Of a DNA stretch of 64,000 nt, positions 51,365-61,513 are shown one piece after another; the first letter of the stretch is position 1; the number at the start of each line of letters is the position of its first letter. This DNA comes from Abditibacteriota bacterium (lineage in GTDB: Bacteria; Armatimonadota; UBA5829). The DNA is taken from positions 980 to 64,979 of the forward strand of contig JAFSVJ010000084.1 in NCBI GenBank assembly GCA_017445025.1, given 5' to 3'. A program made the translations under genes and the position numbers. A model generated the notes under the pieces. That model saw only the letters and a list, made by a program, of their open reading frames with translations. It searched no databases and had not been told where the DNA came from.

Positions 51365-52657
51365 CTATTTAATAAATCCTTCGTAATGTCTCATAATCAG
51401 TTGACTTTCAATTTGCTGCATTGTATCAAGAGCAACACCCACAACAATCAAAAGTGATGTTCCACCTATAAGGTTGAAGTTGTGGAAACCAAGCCAACCG
51501 GGGATATAATACTGTATCAAGGCAACTATTGCCAAGAATATAGCACCCGTAAGAGTTATTCTTGTAAGGATTTTATCCAAATATTCTCGTGTGGGCTTTC
51601 CGGGTCTTATACCGGGAACATAACTACCTTGCTTCTTTAAATTATCGGATACATCTTGAACATTAAAGGTGACAGCTGTGTAGAAATATGTAAACACGAA
51701 AATCATAAAGGCATAAATCAAACTTCCCCACCAAGAACCACCCGGGGCAAACTGTTGAGCAAACCTAACAAACCAATGATCCATATTACCCTTTGATAAA
51801 ACATTTGCCAAGGTCAAAGGGAAATACTGAATTGAAACAGCAAAGATAATTGGGATAACACCGGCAGAGTTTACTCTTAAAGGTAAATAAGTGGTCTGAC
51901 CACCATATACTCTGTTTCCCACAACTCTTTTTGCGTGTTGAATGGGAATCTTTCTCTGAGCAACAGTCACTGATACCATAAAGGCTATAACAGCTATGAA
52001 AATTGCTATAAGAACTATGAAACGAATCCAACCTGTAAAACCGGCGGAATTGGCTTCGAGAGCACTGGCAAAAAGTTGAAAAGGAAGAGTTACCATAATA
52101 CCGGCAAAGATAACAATGGATACACCGTTACCTATACCCTTTTCGGTTATCATTTCACCCATCCACATAAGGAAACTGGTTCCTGCAACAAGAACAATGG
52201 TAATAAACAATACATACAATATACCGGTTCCTAAACCTTGGTCTGCAATAGCGTTGCTGTTCTTTAAAACCAAGGTCATCATAAAACCTTGAATAAAGGC
52301 TAAAACACCGGTTAAGTATCTTGTATATTGCTTAATTCTCTTCTGACCGGAAGCTCCCTCTTTCTGCATTTGAGAAAGAGAAGGAAAGGCTATGGTCAAA
52401 AGTTGGAAAATAATGGAAGCGTTAATATAAGGCATAATACCCATGGCGAATATGGCATACTTCTTAAAAGCACCACCACCAAACATATCAAACATGTCCA
52501 AAAGTCCACCTGAGAATTGACCTAAAAGTGCCTCAGTATTTACTCCCGGAATTGTAATATGCAGCCCTAATACATATACAGCCATCATCAAAACAAGAAA
52601 TTGGATTTTCTTCTTAAGTTCAGGACTTCTTAAAGCTGCCGCTAAGGATTGAAGCAT
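51365..52657 (-). CDS. secY: Preprotein translocase subunit SecY
   Basis: IFAMGIMPYINASII, GIGNGVS, AGVIPIIFA, PGIRPG, GGTSLLIVVGV. Confidence 0.98.
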   Translation of the reverse strand: MLQSLAAALRSPELKKKIQFLVLMMAVYVLGLHITIPGVNTEALLGQFSGGLLDMFDMFGGGAFKKYAIFAMGIMPYINASIIFQLLTIAFPSLSQMQKEGASGQKRIKQYTRYLTGVLAFIQGFMMTLVLKNSNAIADQGLGTGILYVLFITIVLVAGTSFLMWMGEMITEKGIGNGVSIVIFAGIMVTLPFQLFASALEANSAGFTGWIRFIVLIAIFIAVIAFMVSVTVAQRKIPIQHAKRVVGNRVYGGQTTYLPLRVNSAGVIPIIFAVSIQYFPLTLANVLSKGNMDHWFVRFAQQFAPGGSWWGSLIYAFMIFVFTYFYTAVTFNVQDVSDNLKKQGSYVPGIRPGKPTREYLDKILTRITLTGAIFLAIVALIQYYIPGWLGFHNFNLIGGTSLLIVVGVALDTMQQIESQLIMRHYEGFIK

Positions 52658-52658
52658 A

Positions 52659-53105
52659 CTATATTACCTCCACCTTTCCTCCGCAGGCTTCGATTTTCTT
52701 TATAGCTTCAGCAGAAAACTTATTTGCTTTTACTGTTAAAGCTTTTGTTAATTCACCGTCTCCTAAGATTTTAACACCGTCTTTTACACCGTTGATACAC
52801 TTAGTGTCTAATAAAGCTTGTGTTGTCACTTCGCTGCCGGCATCAAAAACTTCTTCAAGCTTTGCAACATTAACAACAACAAATTCTTTTCTGTTAATGT
52901 TCTTAAAACCTTTCTTGTGAGGAAACTTTCTGTATAAAGGTGTCTGTCCACCTTCAAATCCAAGTTTAATACCTACATTGGATCGTGATTTCTGTCCGTT
53001 CATACCACGTCCGGCTGTTGTTCCGTGTCCTGATCCGGGACCACGACCAACTCTCTTACGGGCATGAGTTGAACCCGGGTTCGGCTTTAAATCATGTAAT
53101 CTCAT
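52659..53105 (-). CDS. rplO: 50S ribosomal protein L15
   Basis: [26 protein letters not shown]. Confidence 0.97.
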   Translation of the reverse strand: MRLHDLKPNPGSTHARKRVGRGPGSGHGTTAGRGMNGQKSRSNVGIKLGFEGGQTPLYRKFPHKKGFKNINRKEFVVVNVAKLEEVFDAGSEVTTQALLDTKCINGVKDGVKILGDGELTKALTVKANKFSAEAIKKIEACGGKVEVI

Positions 53106-53293
53106 TATTTTACCTCCCCATCTACTTCTTCCACCTTAAGAAGATGACTAACTCTGTTAATCATACCCTTAACTAATGGTGTATCTTCCTTAATTACGGA
53201 AGAACCTATCTTGTGAAGACCTAAAGCTTTAACTGTTCCTTTTTGGAAATCTTTACCCTTAATAAGGCTTTTAACGAGAGTAATCTTAAGCAT
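53105..53293 (-). CDS. rpmD: 50S ribosomal protein L30
   Basis: [10 protein letters not shown]....TV.ALGL.KI......GMI..V.HL; start after AAGGAGG. Confidence 0.93.
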   Translation of the reverse strand: MLKITLVKSLIKGKDFQKGTVKALGLHKIGSSVIKEDTPLVKGMINRVSHLLKVEEVDGEVK

Positions 53294-53882
53294 TTTCACC
53301 CTCCTTAACCTCCAAAGTTTCAACTTCCTTTATATCGGACTCTAAGCCTTGGCTCTCTGCTTTCTTAATTCTTGCATACCAAGGAACCAAAACTTCCAGG
53401 TCTCTTTGTCTTGTGGCACATACATCTTCAGCTAATTTAAGGTTTTCAAGACAAATCATGGTAGCCTTGGCGGCGTTTACACCGTTTCGTGAACCTAAAA
53501 TTTTACCGAATACGTCTTCAATTCCCGCAAGTTCGAGAATAGGACGAACAGCACCACCGGCAACAACTCCGGTTCCCTTTGAAGCGGGCTTAAGCATAAC
53601 TTTGCTTGCACCAAACTTTTCAAAGCACTCGTAAGGAATTGTTCCGTTTACAATGTTAATCTTAATTATATTCTTCTTGGCAGCTTCGGATGCCTTTCTG
53701 ATTGCATCGGGAACAGCGGCTGCCTTTCCTAAACCTATACCAACGTGACCGTTCTTGTCACCTACTGCAACAAGAATTGACCAACTAAGGGTTCTACCAC
53801 CTTTGGTGGTCTTTTGAACTTTATTGGTTCTGACAACGATTTCTTCAAGGTTGAGTTGATCTGCGTTTATGTTTTTTGCCAT
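53286..53882 (-). CDS. rpsE: 30S ribosomal protein S5
   Basis: KGGR, VGD.NG.VG.G.GKA, PA..GTGV.AGG.VR. Confidence 0.97.
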   Translation of the reverse strand: MAKNINADQLNLEEIVVRTNKVQKTTKGGRTLSWSILVAVGDKNGHVGIGLGKAAAVPDAIRKASEAAKKNIIKINIVNGTIPYECFEKFGASKVMLKPASKGTGVVAGGAVRPILELAGIEDVFGKILGSRNGVNAAKATMICLENLKLAEDVCATRQRDLEVLVPWYARIKKAESQGLESDIKEVETLEVKEGENA

Positions 53883-53891
53883 AATACTCTC

Positions 53892-54254
53892 CTAAAACTT
53901 CAGTCCGGCTTCACGTGCACCATCGGCAAGTGCAGCAACTCGACCATGATATTTGTAACCGGCTCTGTCAAATACGACTTCGCTGATGCCTGCGTCAAGA
54001 GCCTTTTTACCGACTACTTGACCAACTAATTTTGCAACTTCTGTCTTGGACTTTCCGTCCATTTGTGATTTAACTTCTGCGTCAAGAGTGCTACTTGCTA
54101 CAAGAGTGATACCTTTTGTATCATCAATAACTTGAGCATAAATACCCTTCAAGGATCTGAAAACATTAAGTCTGGGCTTTGTTTCGGTTCCGGACAAATT
54201 CTTTCTGATTCTGAAGTGTCTCTTTTGGCGAAGCATTTCTTTTGTTTTCTTCAT
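53892..54254 (-). CDS. rplR: 50S ribosomal protein L18
   Basis: [29 protein letters not shown]. Confidence 0.97.
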   Translation of the reverse strand: MKKTKEMLRQKRHFRIRKNLSGTETKPRLNVFRSLKGIYAQVIDDTKGITLVASSTLDAEVKSQMDGKSKTEVAKLVGQVVGKKALDAGISEVVFDRAGYKYHGRVAALADGAREAGLKF

Positions 54255-54434
54255 GTTTCCTCCGTCACAGATTAATCCTAAAAATAACTTTAGGATAGGT
54301 GTTATCCTTATTAAGCGATTTTTTCGCTCACCGGCATCTATATGCGAGTTCCCTCAACGGCACACACCGCAAGCATATTAAGACACCTCTGTTGACATTG
54401 CGAAATTAAACCTAATAAGGAATATGAGAACAGA

Positions 54435-54989
54435 TTATTTCTTAACCTGTTTTCCGACTTTTCTACGAACCACTTCGCCTTTGTAGCGAATACCTTTGCC
54501 TTTATAGGGCTCGGGGGGTCTGATTTTTCTGATAAGAGCTGCTTGTTGACCCACAGTCTCTTTGTTGTAACCCTTTACAATAATTGTGGGTGTTTGGTTT
54601 CTTGCTCCCGGGATAACTTCAAACTCAATACCGGGGAGAGGCTCTACGACGTTTTCGTTTGAATAACCGACATTAATCTTTACATTCTTGCCGGCTGCTT
54701 CACATCTGTAACCTACACCGATGATTTCAAGGGTTTTGGTAAAACCTTGTGTCACACCTATTACAGCATTGTTAATCAAAGCTCTCATAAGACCGTGAAG
54801 TGATCTGTGTTCAGGTCTGTTGGTAGGTCTTTCACAGGTTATTACACCATTTTCAAATTTAACCGTAATATCCGGGCTTATAGGAATATTTAATGTTCCC
54901 TTAGGACCCTTAACGGTAATGTCTGTTTCTGTTAATTTAATGTCCACTCCGTTTGGCACATGAATGGGCATTTTTCCGATTCTACTCAT
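54435..54989 (-). CDS. rplF: 50S ribosomal protein L6
   Basis: MSRIGK.PI, VKGPKG, RPPEPYKGKGIRY. Confidence 0.97.
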   Translation of the reverse strand: MSRIGKMPIHVPNGVDIKLTETDITVKGPKGTLNIPISPDITVKFENGVITCERPTNRPEHRSLHGLMRALINNAVIGVTQGFTKTLEIIGVGYRCEAAGKNVKINVGYSNENVVEPLPGIEFEVIPGARNQTPTIIVKGYNKETVGQQAALIRKIRPPEPYKGKGIRYKGEVVRRKVGKQVKK

Positions 54990-55006
54990 TTATAATGTCC
55001 TCCTGA

Positions 55007-55405
55007 TTACCAAACGTAGCAAAGAACTTCGCCACCGATACCAAGCTTTCTGGCTTCTCTGTCAACGATAACACCGTGAGATGTGGAGATAATAGCAATA
55101 CCTAAACCTCTTAAAACTCTCGGAACCTTATCTTTCTTGGCATAAATTCTCAAACCGGGCTTAGAAATTCTCTTTAATCCGGTTATAATCTTTTGATTCT
55201 TTTCGCCATACTTCATTGCGATTATAGCTGTGGGGAATTTGGCTTTTTCGTCCATAGTATAACCCTTAATGAAACCTTCGGCAACAAGAATCTTTACAAT
55301 TTCCATGTTGAGCTTATTGGCAGGAACCTTAACTTCAGCGTGTCCCGCTTGGTTAGCGTTTCTGATTCTGGTCAATAAGTCAGCAACGGGATCTGTGACA
55401 ACCAC
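55007..55405 (-). CDS. rpsH: 30S ribosomal protein S8
   Basis: [29 protein letters not shown]; GTG 55405 follows GGAGGA. Confidence 0.96.
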   Translation of the reverse strand: MVVTDPVADLLTRIRNANQAGHAEVKVPANKLNMEIVKILVAEGFIKGYTMDEKAKFPTAIIAMKYGEKNQKIITGLKRISKPGLRIYAKKDKVPRVLRGLGIAIISTSHGVIVDREARKLGIGGEVLCYVW

Positions 55406-55647
55406 TTGCGTGTCCTCCATTATTAATACTTAGGTCTTCGATAACTCACACAAATTTATTATGCATTTTGCTTTCAAAACAACAGAGCAAATTAATCCGT
55501 GGGTCCTCAAGGCGAACCTTACCTCATACCAAACTATTCCTTATTACAGTTTTCCTGTCGGAGACACAGGAGACTTTGCAACAGGACATTTTTGACTATA
55601 TTGTTTTGCAATTTAAGGTTTTGCGAAACCTTTCTTTCTCGAAAAAC

Positions 55648-55833
55648 TTACCAACTTGATTTGGTAACACCGGGGATAAGGCCTTTAGAAGCCATTTCTC
55701 TGAAACAGATTCTGCAAATGCCGAATTTTCTCATGTAACCACGAGGTCTTCCGCAAATGTTACATCTGTTGTAGGCTCTAACCTTAAACTTAGGTGCCTT
55801 TTTTTGTTTTTCGATAAGACATGTTTTAGCCAT
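55648..55833 (-). CDS. rpsN: 30S ribosomal protein S14, zinc-binding type
   Basis: RC..CGRPR....FG.CR.CFR, PGV.KSSW. Confidence 0.97.
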   Translation of the reverse strand: MAKTCLIEKQKKAPKFKVRAYNRCNICGRPRGYMRKFGICRICFREMASKGLIPGVTKSSW

Positions 55834-55843
55834 GTTTTACCTC

Positions 55844-57868
55844 TTATTCTTCTTTAGCCTTTTCTGCTTCGGCTATGATTTTTTGTGCCACGTCTCTTGG
55901 GGCTTGTTCGTAATGGTCAAAAGTTGTTGTAAATTTTCCACGTCCTGAGGAAATAGAACGAAGGTCAATACAATACTTTTGAATTTCATTGGCGGGAACA
56001 TTTGCCTTAACCACTGCTCTTCCACCATGAAGTGTATCTTGTCCGTAAACTCTTCCACGCTTGGTGTTAAGATCTCCGATAACATCACCAACACATTCTG
56101 CGGGAACTATGATCTCTATATCCATTATAGGCTCAAGGATTATTGGACCGGCGTTCATAGCAGCTTCCTTAAAAGCTGTCTTGGCGGCCATTTGGAAAGC
56201 GATATCCTTGGCGTCTACAGGGTGAGTAGATCCATCAATTACAGAACAAATAATGTCCACACAGGGGTAACCTGCTTGAATACCCTTTGACATAGCATCT
56301 TGAACTCCCTTATCAACAGAAGGGATAAATTGTCTTGGAATAGCTCCACCAACAACCTTATCAATAAATTCGTAACCTTTACCGGGTTCGTTAGGCTCAA
56401 TAACAATGTGAGCGTCACCAAACTGACCGGCACCACCGGTTTGCTTCTTGTGTCTCTTTCGACAGTCGGCTTTCTTTGTAATGGTTTCACGATATGCAAT
56501 CTTAGGAGTTTGAGTGGTCACTTCAACACCAAACTTTTTCTTAATTTTTTCAAGAATGATACCTAATTGGTAGTCACCTAAGGATGCGATAATTGTTTCA
56601 CCTGTGGATTGGTCACGGAATGTCTTAAATGTAGGATCTTCTTCCATAATCTTTTGGAAAGAAGGACCCATTTTATCTTCAGCTGCTTTGTTTGCGGCAA
56701 ATACAGCAAGAGAATATACAGGGTTGGGGAAGTCAAGAGGAGGAAATGCTTCCGCACTCTTGTCATTTGTTAAAGTATCTCCGGTTTGAACTGAAACCAA
56801 CTTTGCAACGGCACCAATGTCACCGGCTTTAACTTCTGCCACAGCGTTTTGCTTTGCACCAAAGATAGAGTAAACTTGACCCACTCTTTCTTCCTTTTCT
56901 TGGTTTACATCGTAAACTCTGCTATCACCCTTGAAAGTGCCTGAGGTTACCTTGAAGTAGGTTAATTTTCCAACATAAGGGTCGGCAATGGTCTTGAATA
57001 CTCTTGCTTTCATAACTCCATCTTCAACGGAAGGAGCAGGAGCATAGGTAGATATAAAGTTTAAAAGGGTATCTATACCAACGTTCATTGCGGCAGAACC
57101 AACCAAAACAGGAACAAAAGAACCATCTTTGATGGCGGACTTAATTCCGGTGGTCAAATCTTCGTCGGAAAGGGTGCCTTCTTCAAAGAATTTTTCCATA
57201 AGAGCGTCATCTGTTTCGGCAATGGCTTCAATTAATTCTTCTCTAATGGTTTCAACTTGGTCTTCCATATCGGCCGGAACGGGAGCTTCGTCACTGGTCT
57301 TGGTTGCCGGGTTGTAAATGTAAGCTTTTTTACTTATAACATCCACAATACCTTTGAAGTTAGCTTCTTTTCCTATGGGGATATATACAGGAGTCACACC
57401 GTTTCCGTAAGCTTCTTTCAAAGCTTCGCAAGTAGCAGTCCAGTTCATATTATCTTTATCTCTTTTATTAATGAAAACAATCTTTGCGTTTCCGGCGGCG
57501 GCGGCAAGTTCCATAGCGTTGTCTGTTCCCACTTCAACAATACCGGAACCATCAACAACAACAAGTGCGGTTTCAACAGCACTCATGGCACCTACAACAT
57601 CACCCACAAAATCAGCAAAACCGGGAGTATCTATAACATTAATCTTGGTATCTTTCCATTCAATGGGACACATAGACATAAAAAGAGACATTTTTCTGGC
57701 TTTTTCGTCTTCTCCATAGTCACAAACCGTGTTACCGTCATCAATTTTACCAAGTCTGTTTATAGCATTTGTAGTAAAGAGCATAGCTTCAATAACGCTG
57801 GTTTTACCAACTCCGCCATGTCCCGCTACAGCAATATTTCTGATTTGTTCGGTTGCATAATCTTTCAT
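55844..57868 (-). CDS. fusA: Elongation factor G paralog (EF-G2/FusA2-like)
   Basis: GHGGVGKT, DTPG, NKRD, KKQTGG.GQFG; switch I reads EKARKMSL instead of canonical RGITI. Confidence 0.88.
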   Translation of the reverse strand: MKDYATEQIRNIAVAGHGGVGKTSVIEAMLFTTNAINRLGKIDDGNTVCDYGEDEKARKMSLFMSMCPIEWKDTKINVIDTPGFADFVGDVVGAMSAVETALVVVDGSGIVEVGTDNAMELAAAAGNAKIVFINKRDKDNMNWTATCEALKEAYGNGVTPVYIPIGKEANFKGIVDVISKKAYIYNPATKTSDEAPVPADMEDQVETIREELIEAIAETDDALMEKFFEEGTLSDEDLTTGIKSAIKDGSFVPVLVGSAAMNVGIDTLLNFISTYAPAPSVEDGVMKARVFKTIADPYVGKLTYFKVTSGTFKGDSRVYDVNQEKEERVGQVYSIFGAKQNAVAEVKAGDIGAVAKLVSVQTGDTLTNDKSAEAFPPLDFPNPVYSLAVFAANKAAEDKMGPSFQKIMEEDPTFKTFRDQSTGETIIASLGDYQLGIILEKIKKKFGVEVTTQTPKIAYRETITKKADCRKRHKKQTGGAGQFGDAHIVIEPNEPGKGYEFIDKVVGGAIPRQFIPSVDKGVQDAMSKGIQAGYPCVDIICSVIDGSTHPVDAKDIAFQMAAKTAFKEAAMNAGPIILEPIMDIEIIVPAECVGDVIGDLNTKRGRVYGQDTLHGGRAVVKANVPANEIQKYCIDLRSISSGRGKFTTTFDHYEQAPRDVAQKIIAEAEKAKEE

Positions 57869-58049
57869 AATCAACTTTCCTTTTATACTTTATATAAAAA
57901 TAAACTTAATCAAATATAAAAATCGGCATAACAAAAAGAGCGTCTAAAAAAGTGACACCATTATTATTATACCACATTTTCTTTTTTAAAACAAGTTTTA
58001 AGGCCCTTTTTGGAAAATATTTTTTTACTTATATAATATAACAAAAATA

Positions 58050-60884
58050 TTATTTTAATATAAATAAGAAACCTTTTTTGTGTTCTACCACAAATTGACT
58101 ATCTATATCAAAAGAGCCTTCACCTTGAAATCCTTCTACTTTTGGCATATATAAGCCTTTATAACCTTTATCTTTAAACTCCAATTTAAAGGTTTCTTGA
58201 GTATCACTAAAATTAGCTACAGCTATAATTAAAATATCTTCTTTTTTATAGCATGATACAAAGACCTTTTCATTATTACTCTTTACAGGGCAATTTTTAT
58301 CCCAGTAACCAATCAACTCACTGCCGGCTAAAATTTCATTTTGCATTTTAACCATTGCTCCGTAATTCTCATAAGCTCTTGAAGTTGTCATTGCATAAAG
58401 CAAACCCTTATACATATTCAATTCATGAGTGCAAAGAAGTTCCTCCCCAGTCAATCCGAAGGGCACACCGCTACATTCCACAAACCAATAATCTTCACTT
58501 AAATCATATTCCGAAATTTCTCCGAAGAATAATGAAGAAATATAAGGCAAAATTTCCATATAAGTTAATGCGGGACTTGATTTAATACAAGTGTTGTTAA
58601 ACAAATTGCTGGCATGAAGATTAATTCTATGGAAACCTCTTTCTTTTTCCATTATTTGAACAAGTCTCTTAAAAGATCTTCTATCCGTATTTGTGGAATC
58701 CACATACAAACCGTCGTGAGGCAATTTTTTTAATCCATACTCAAAACCTTTAACAAAGAAATTTGCAAGTCTGGAAAGTCCGTTGGTAGCCACAGTTATG
58801 TCTACTTCTCCGTCATACAAACTTGAAACATATTCAGGGTGCGGACGGAAGTTGAGGTGTTCCAAAATCCAAGGGTGATTGCCTCCGAACTGAGTTAAAA
58901 ACCACTCATGAAGCTTACCTATAAGCCACTCTTCCGGCTCAAATATCTCATCTCCGAGACTCTCAAAAGCCCATATCTCCGGTGCATGACAACTGAGTTC
59001 CCTAATAGTATTATAAATGTTAATACCCTTATATTCTTTTAAATACTCATCAAACTTTTTCTTAAGCCTATCTAAGTGGAAGAAAGGATAGTTAATATAA
59101 GGATACTCATATTGAGCGTGGTGGAAATGAACCAGCTCTCCCTCTTTCTGTGTGCCTGAGTTCGTATAAATATAAGACCAATGTTCCGGTAAAATCTTAT
59201 GAAAAGGAGTTATAAGCAATCTGAAATTAAACTCAGTTTTTTGACCTTTCTTGAATAATCTGTTTCCCGTATAAGCTTTTATGAAAACCTTTTTGCCTTT
59301 TTCATAAACTTTACTTCCTCCTAACCCTTCATTATACCAAGAAAGAGGATTGCCAAAGTTGGAGTTATAGAACATAGAGAAAGTATCTTTGGTATCTCTT
59401 AAATCCAAATAAAGACCACCGTCTGCATCCCCTATCCATACTTTGTGACTGTTTTGATTTTCATTCCATTTCCAGTCTATATCTTCAGTTCTGTATCCGC
59501 CCTGTTTGCAATATCCCATTATATATTTTGACATCTCTTTTCGCAGAGGAATCAAGAGAATATTGTCTTTCAATTGGGATTTCTTTGAAGTGGTTTGTAT
59601 AGACACATCAACACATCCGTCAAATTCTATTCTTGTAGATGTGATACCTTTAAACTCTTCCGTTTCCCATTTTGAAACAAACAAAACAAAAGTATTTCCG
59701 TGAGATTTTTCTTTTATATCGGATTTAATACACTTTCCGCAATCAAAAAGAATACTGTCGGCAAGAAGTTCATTCTCTCGGCTGGTTATACTTTTAGGAA
59801 GACCAAATTCATTTAAAATTATTTTTCTGTCAAGGATACTTATAACATAAGCGTTCCCCTTTTTACTAAATTCTACATTTTTATAAGGGTAAGGGACTAT
59901 ATCTTCCGTACCGGTTTGATCGTTAAGCCATGCAAGTCGAGACATGGAATTCATATCATCAAAACCTTTATCTTTACAAACAGAACCTTTAACCTTTACC
60001 GAAACCTTAAATATAACTGTATCCTTGTCAGTTACTATTTTAATCTTGTCATTTATATCTTTTTGGGTTTCTGCCAAAAACCATAAGGCACCTACCTGCC
60101 CTTTTGGAACATTTATTGTTTTTGTAAAATGCTCACCCTTATAATCAATACCTTCTGTATTTATACAAGTAATTCCTTTAGGAGTTTCCACTTTAACATT
60201 TGTTAAATCACAAATATGAGCATAAACACCTATTTGAAAAGCTTTTATTTCTCCCGGTCTTATATTAAAAGATGCTTCTTTTGCCGGTCCCTTGTTAAGC
60301 CATCTGTAAGGAATAAAATCTTTCATTTTAATGGGATGCTGAGCATCCTCAAAGAAAGTCATAAAGGGTTCTTTATAGTTAAGTATTTTTTCAACTTCTT
60401 CTTTTGAGGCAGTGACTTCCATAGGATAAAAAGAATTAAATCCTATATGGTCCTTTGTTTCTCTATATTGTATTTCCGTACATTTTGCTATAGGTATGTT
60501 TCTTTTTAAAGCTAACTTTGGAGCACCTTTAAACTTAAAGCCTATATCCGTATAATGGTTTTTGGAAAAATCTCCCGTAATTTCAAACTTTTTATAAGGA
60601 TAATAATAGAAATAATATACGCCGACTCCGCATTCGGGCTTAAAAACTATATCTCCTCGCAGATTAGTATTATCATTTACATAATAATCTTTAACTTCCG
60701 TTCCGTCTTCAAATTCTATATAAGGATTTATTCTTTCAGGATGCTTTTCATGTCGTCGCCAATTTATAAAAACTCTGTTATAATCGGAAGCATCCTTTAC
60801 TACAACCTTTGCTCTGTGATTTCCGTGACCTTCAAAATCCCAAAAACCATAAGTCCATTTAATTCCGTCAATAATTCCGTTCAT
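58050..60884 (-). CDS. Putative glycoside hydrolase (DUF6067-like)
   Basis: GNHRA, WRR, YPME, LITPF, HHA...PYINYPF, Y.TIRELS, GLYVD, SG.PFGLTGE. Confidence 0.65.
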   Translation of the reverse strand: MNGIIDGIKWTYGFWDFEGHGNHRAKVVVKDASDYNRVFINWRRHEKHPERINPYIEFEDGTEVKDYYVNDNTNLRGDIVFKPECGVGVYYFYYYPYKKFEITGDFSKNHYTDIGFKFKGAPKLALKRNIPIAKCTEIQYRETKDHIGFNSFYPMEVTASKEEVEKILNYKEPFMTFFEDAQHPIKMKDFIPYRWLNKGPAKEASFNIRPGEIKAFQIGVYAHICDLTNVKVETPKGITCINTEGIDYKGEHFTKTINVPKGQVGALWFLAETQKDINDKIKIVTDKDTVIFKVSVKVKGSVCKDKGFDDMNSMSRLAWLNDQTGTEDIVPYPYKNVEFSKKGNAYVISILDRKIILNEFGLPKSITSRENELLADSILFDCGKCIKSDIKEKSHGNTFVLFVSKWETEEFKGITSTRIEFDGCVDVSIQTTSKKSQLKDNILLIPLRKEMSKYIMGYCKQGGYRTEDIDWKWNENQNSHKVWIGDADGGLYLDLRDTKDTFSMFYNSNFGNPLSWYNEGLGGSKVYEKGKKVFIKAYTGNRLFKKGQKTEFNFRLLITPFHKILPEHWSYIYTNSGTQKEGELVHFHHAQYEYPYINYPFFHLDRLKKKFDEYLKEYKGINIYNTIRELSCHAPEIWAFESLGDEIFEPEEWLIGKLHEWFLTQFGGNHPWILEHLNFRPHPEYVSSLYDGEVDITVATNGLSRLANFFVKGFEYGLKKLPHDGLYVDSTNTDRRSFKRLVQIMEKERGFHRINLHASNLFNNTCIKSSPALTYMEILPYISSLFFGEISEYDLSEDYWFVECSGVPFGLTGEELLCTHELNMYKGLLYAMTTSRAYENYGAMVKMQNEILAGSELIGYWDKNCPVKSNNEKVFVSCYKKEDILIIAVANFSDTQETFKLEFKDKGYKGLYMPKVEGFQGEGSFDIDSQFVVEHKKGFLFILK

Positions 60885-61107
60885 AATTACCTCTATGTTT
60901 AAAATACTATCTTTAATTTCTATTCAATACCATATATATTATACTATTTTTATATCACAAATTACAATTATAATGTACAATTGACAGTCCCAAAAAATTG
61001 CGGATCTGAAAAGTTTGACTATGTGCTAATCCCATCTTTTCCAAATCCCTAAAACCCATTCCCAAAAAGTCGTAGCGTAGCAAGACTTTTTGGGATTTGG
61101 GCAACTG

Positions 61108-61195
61108 CTTGTCGTTTTTAGCAAGAGCCGGAAAATCTATGATTTTGCGGTGCCCGACGGCAAAAATCTTTATCACTAAAGATTTTTGACTAGAC
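61108..61195 (+). repeat. 88-bp dispersed repeat (copy of 47850-47937)
   Basis: Near-identical sequence; a related hairpin module lies upstream of both copies. Confidence 0.9.
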
Positions 61196-61362
61196 CCTTG
61201 GAATTGGGCAAATACGAAATTAAAATTTAAATAAGCCTTTTACATAACAGCTTTTTGGGTGGTATGTTTTTTTCACATTCGAAGACAGCAAATAAAAATA
61301 TTCTACCCAAAAAGGTGTTTATAGGTCCTACTCAAGATTTTGGATTTGCTCAATTCCAAGGG
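61195..61362. mobile_element. Second MITE-like TIR element
   Basis: CCCTTGGAATTGGGCAAAT...ATTTGCTCAATTCCAAGGG terminal inverted repeats; partial inverted copy near 23317-23372. Confidence 0.55.
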
Positions 61363-61513
61363 CTCCCGAAAAGTTGAACAAAGTGAAACTTTTTGGGAAT
61401 GGAAATAGAAGCATAGGAAAAAAGGGGAGTTTAAGAGAACCTGCCCTGCCCCCCTTGGGGGGCAACGATGAAAAACAAAAAGTTTTTCATCGTGGGGGGT
61501 AATTATACATCAT

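Noticed and set aside
53293-53323. Extended N-terminus of L30 in the ORF track
   Set aside because: Lies inside rpsE; the AAGGAGG RBS supports ATG 53293.
57257-57919. 220-aa antisense ORF, and similar shadow ORFs such as 38815-39324
   Set aside because: Fully antisense to well-supported conserved genes; typical codon-bias shadows.
47748-61176. Similar short ORFs 47748-47939 and 60955-61176 (IKIFAVGH..DFPALAKNDK)
   Set aside because: The similarity is explained by the shared palindrome-rich 88-bp repeat; flanks are unrelated and no RBS is evident.
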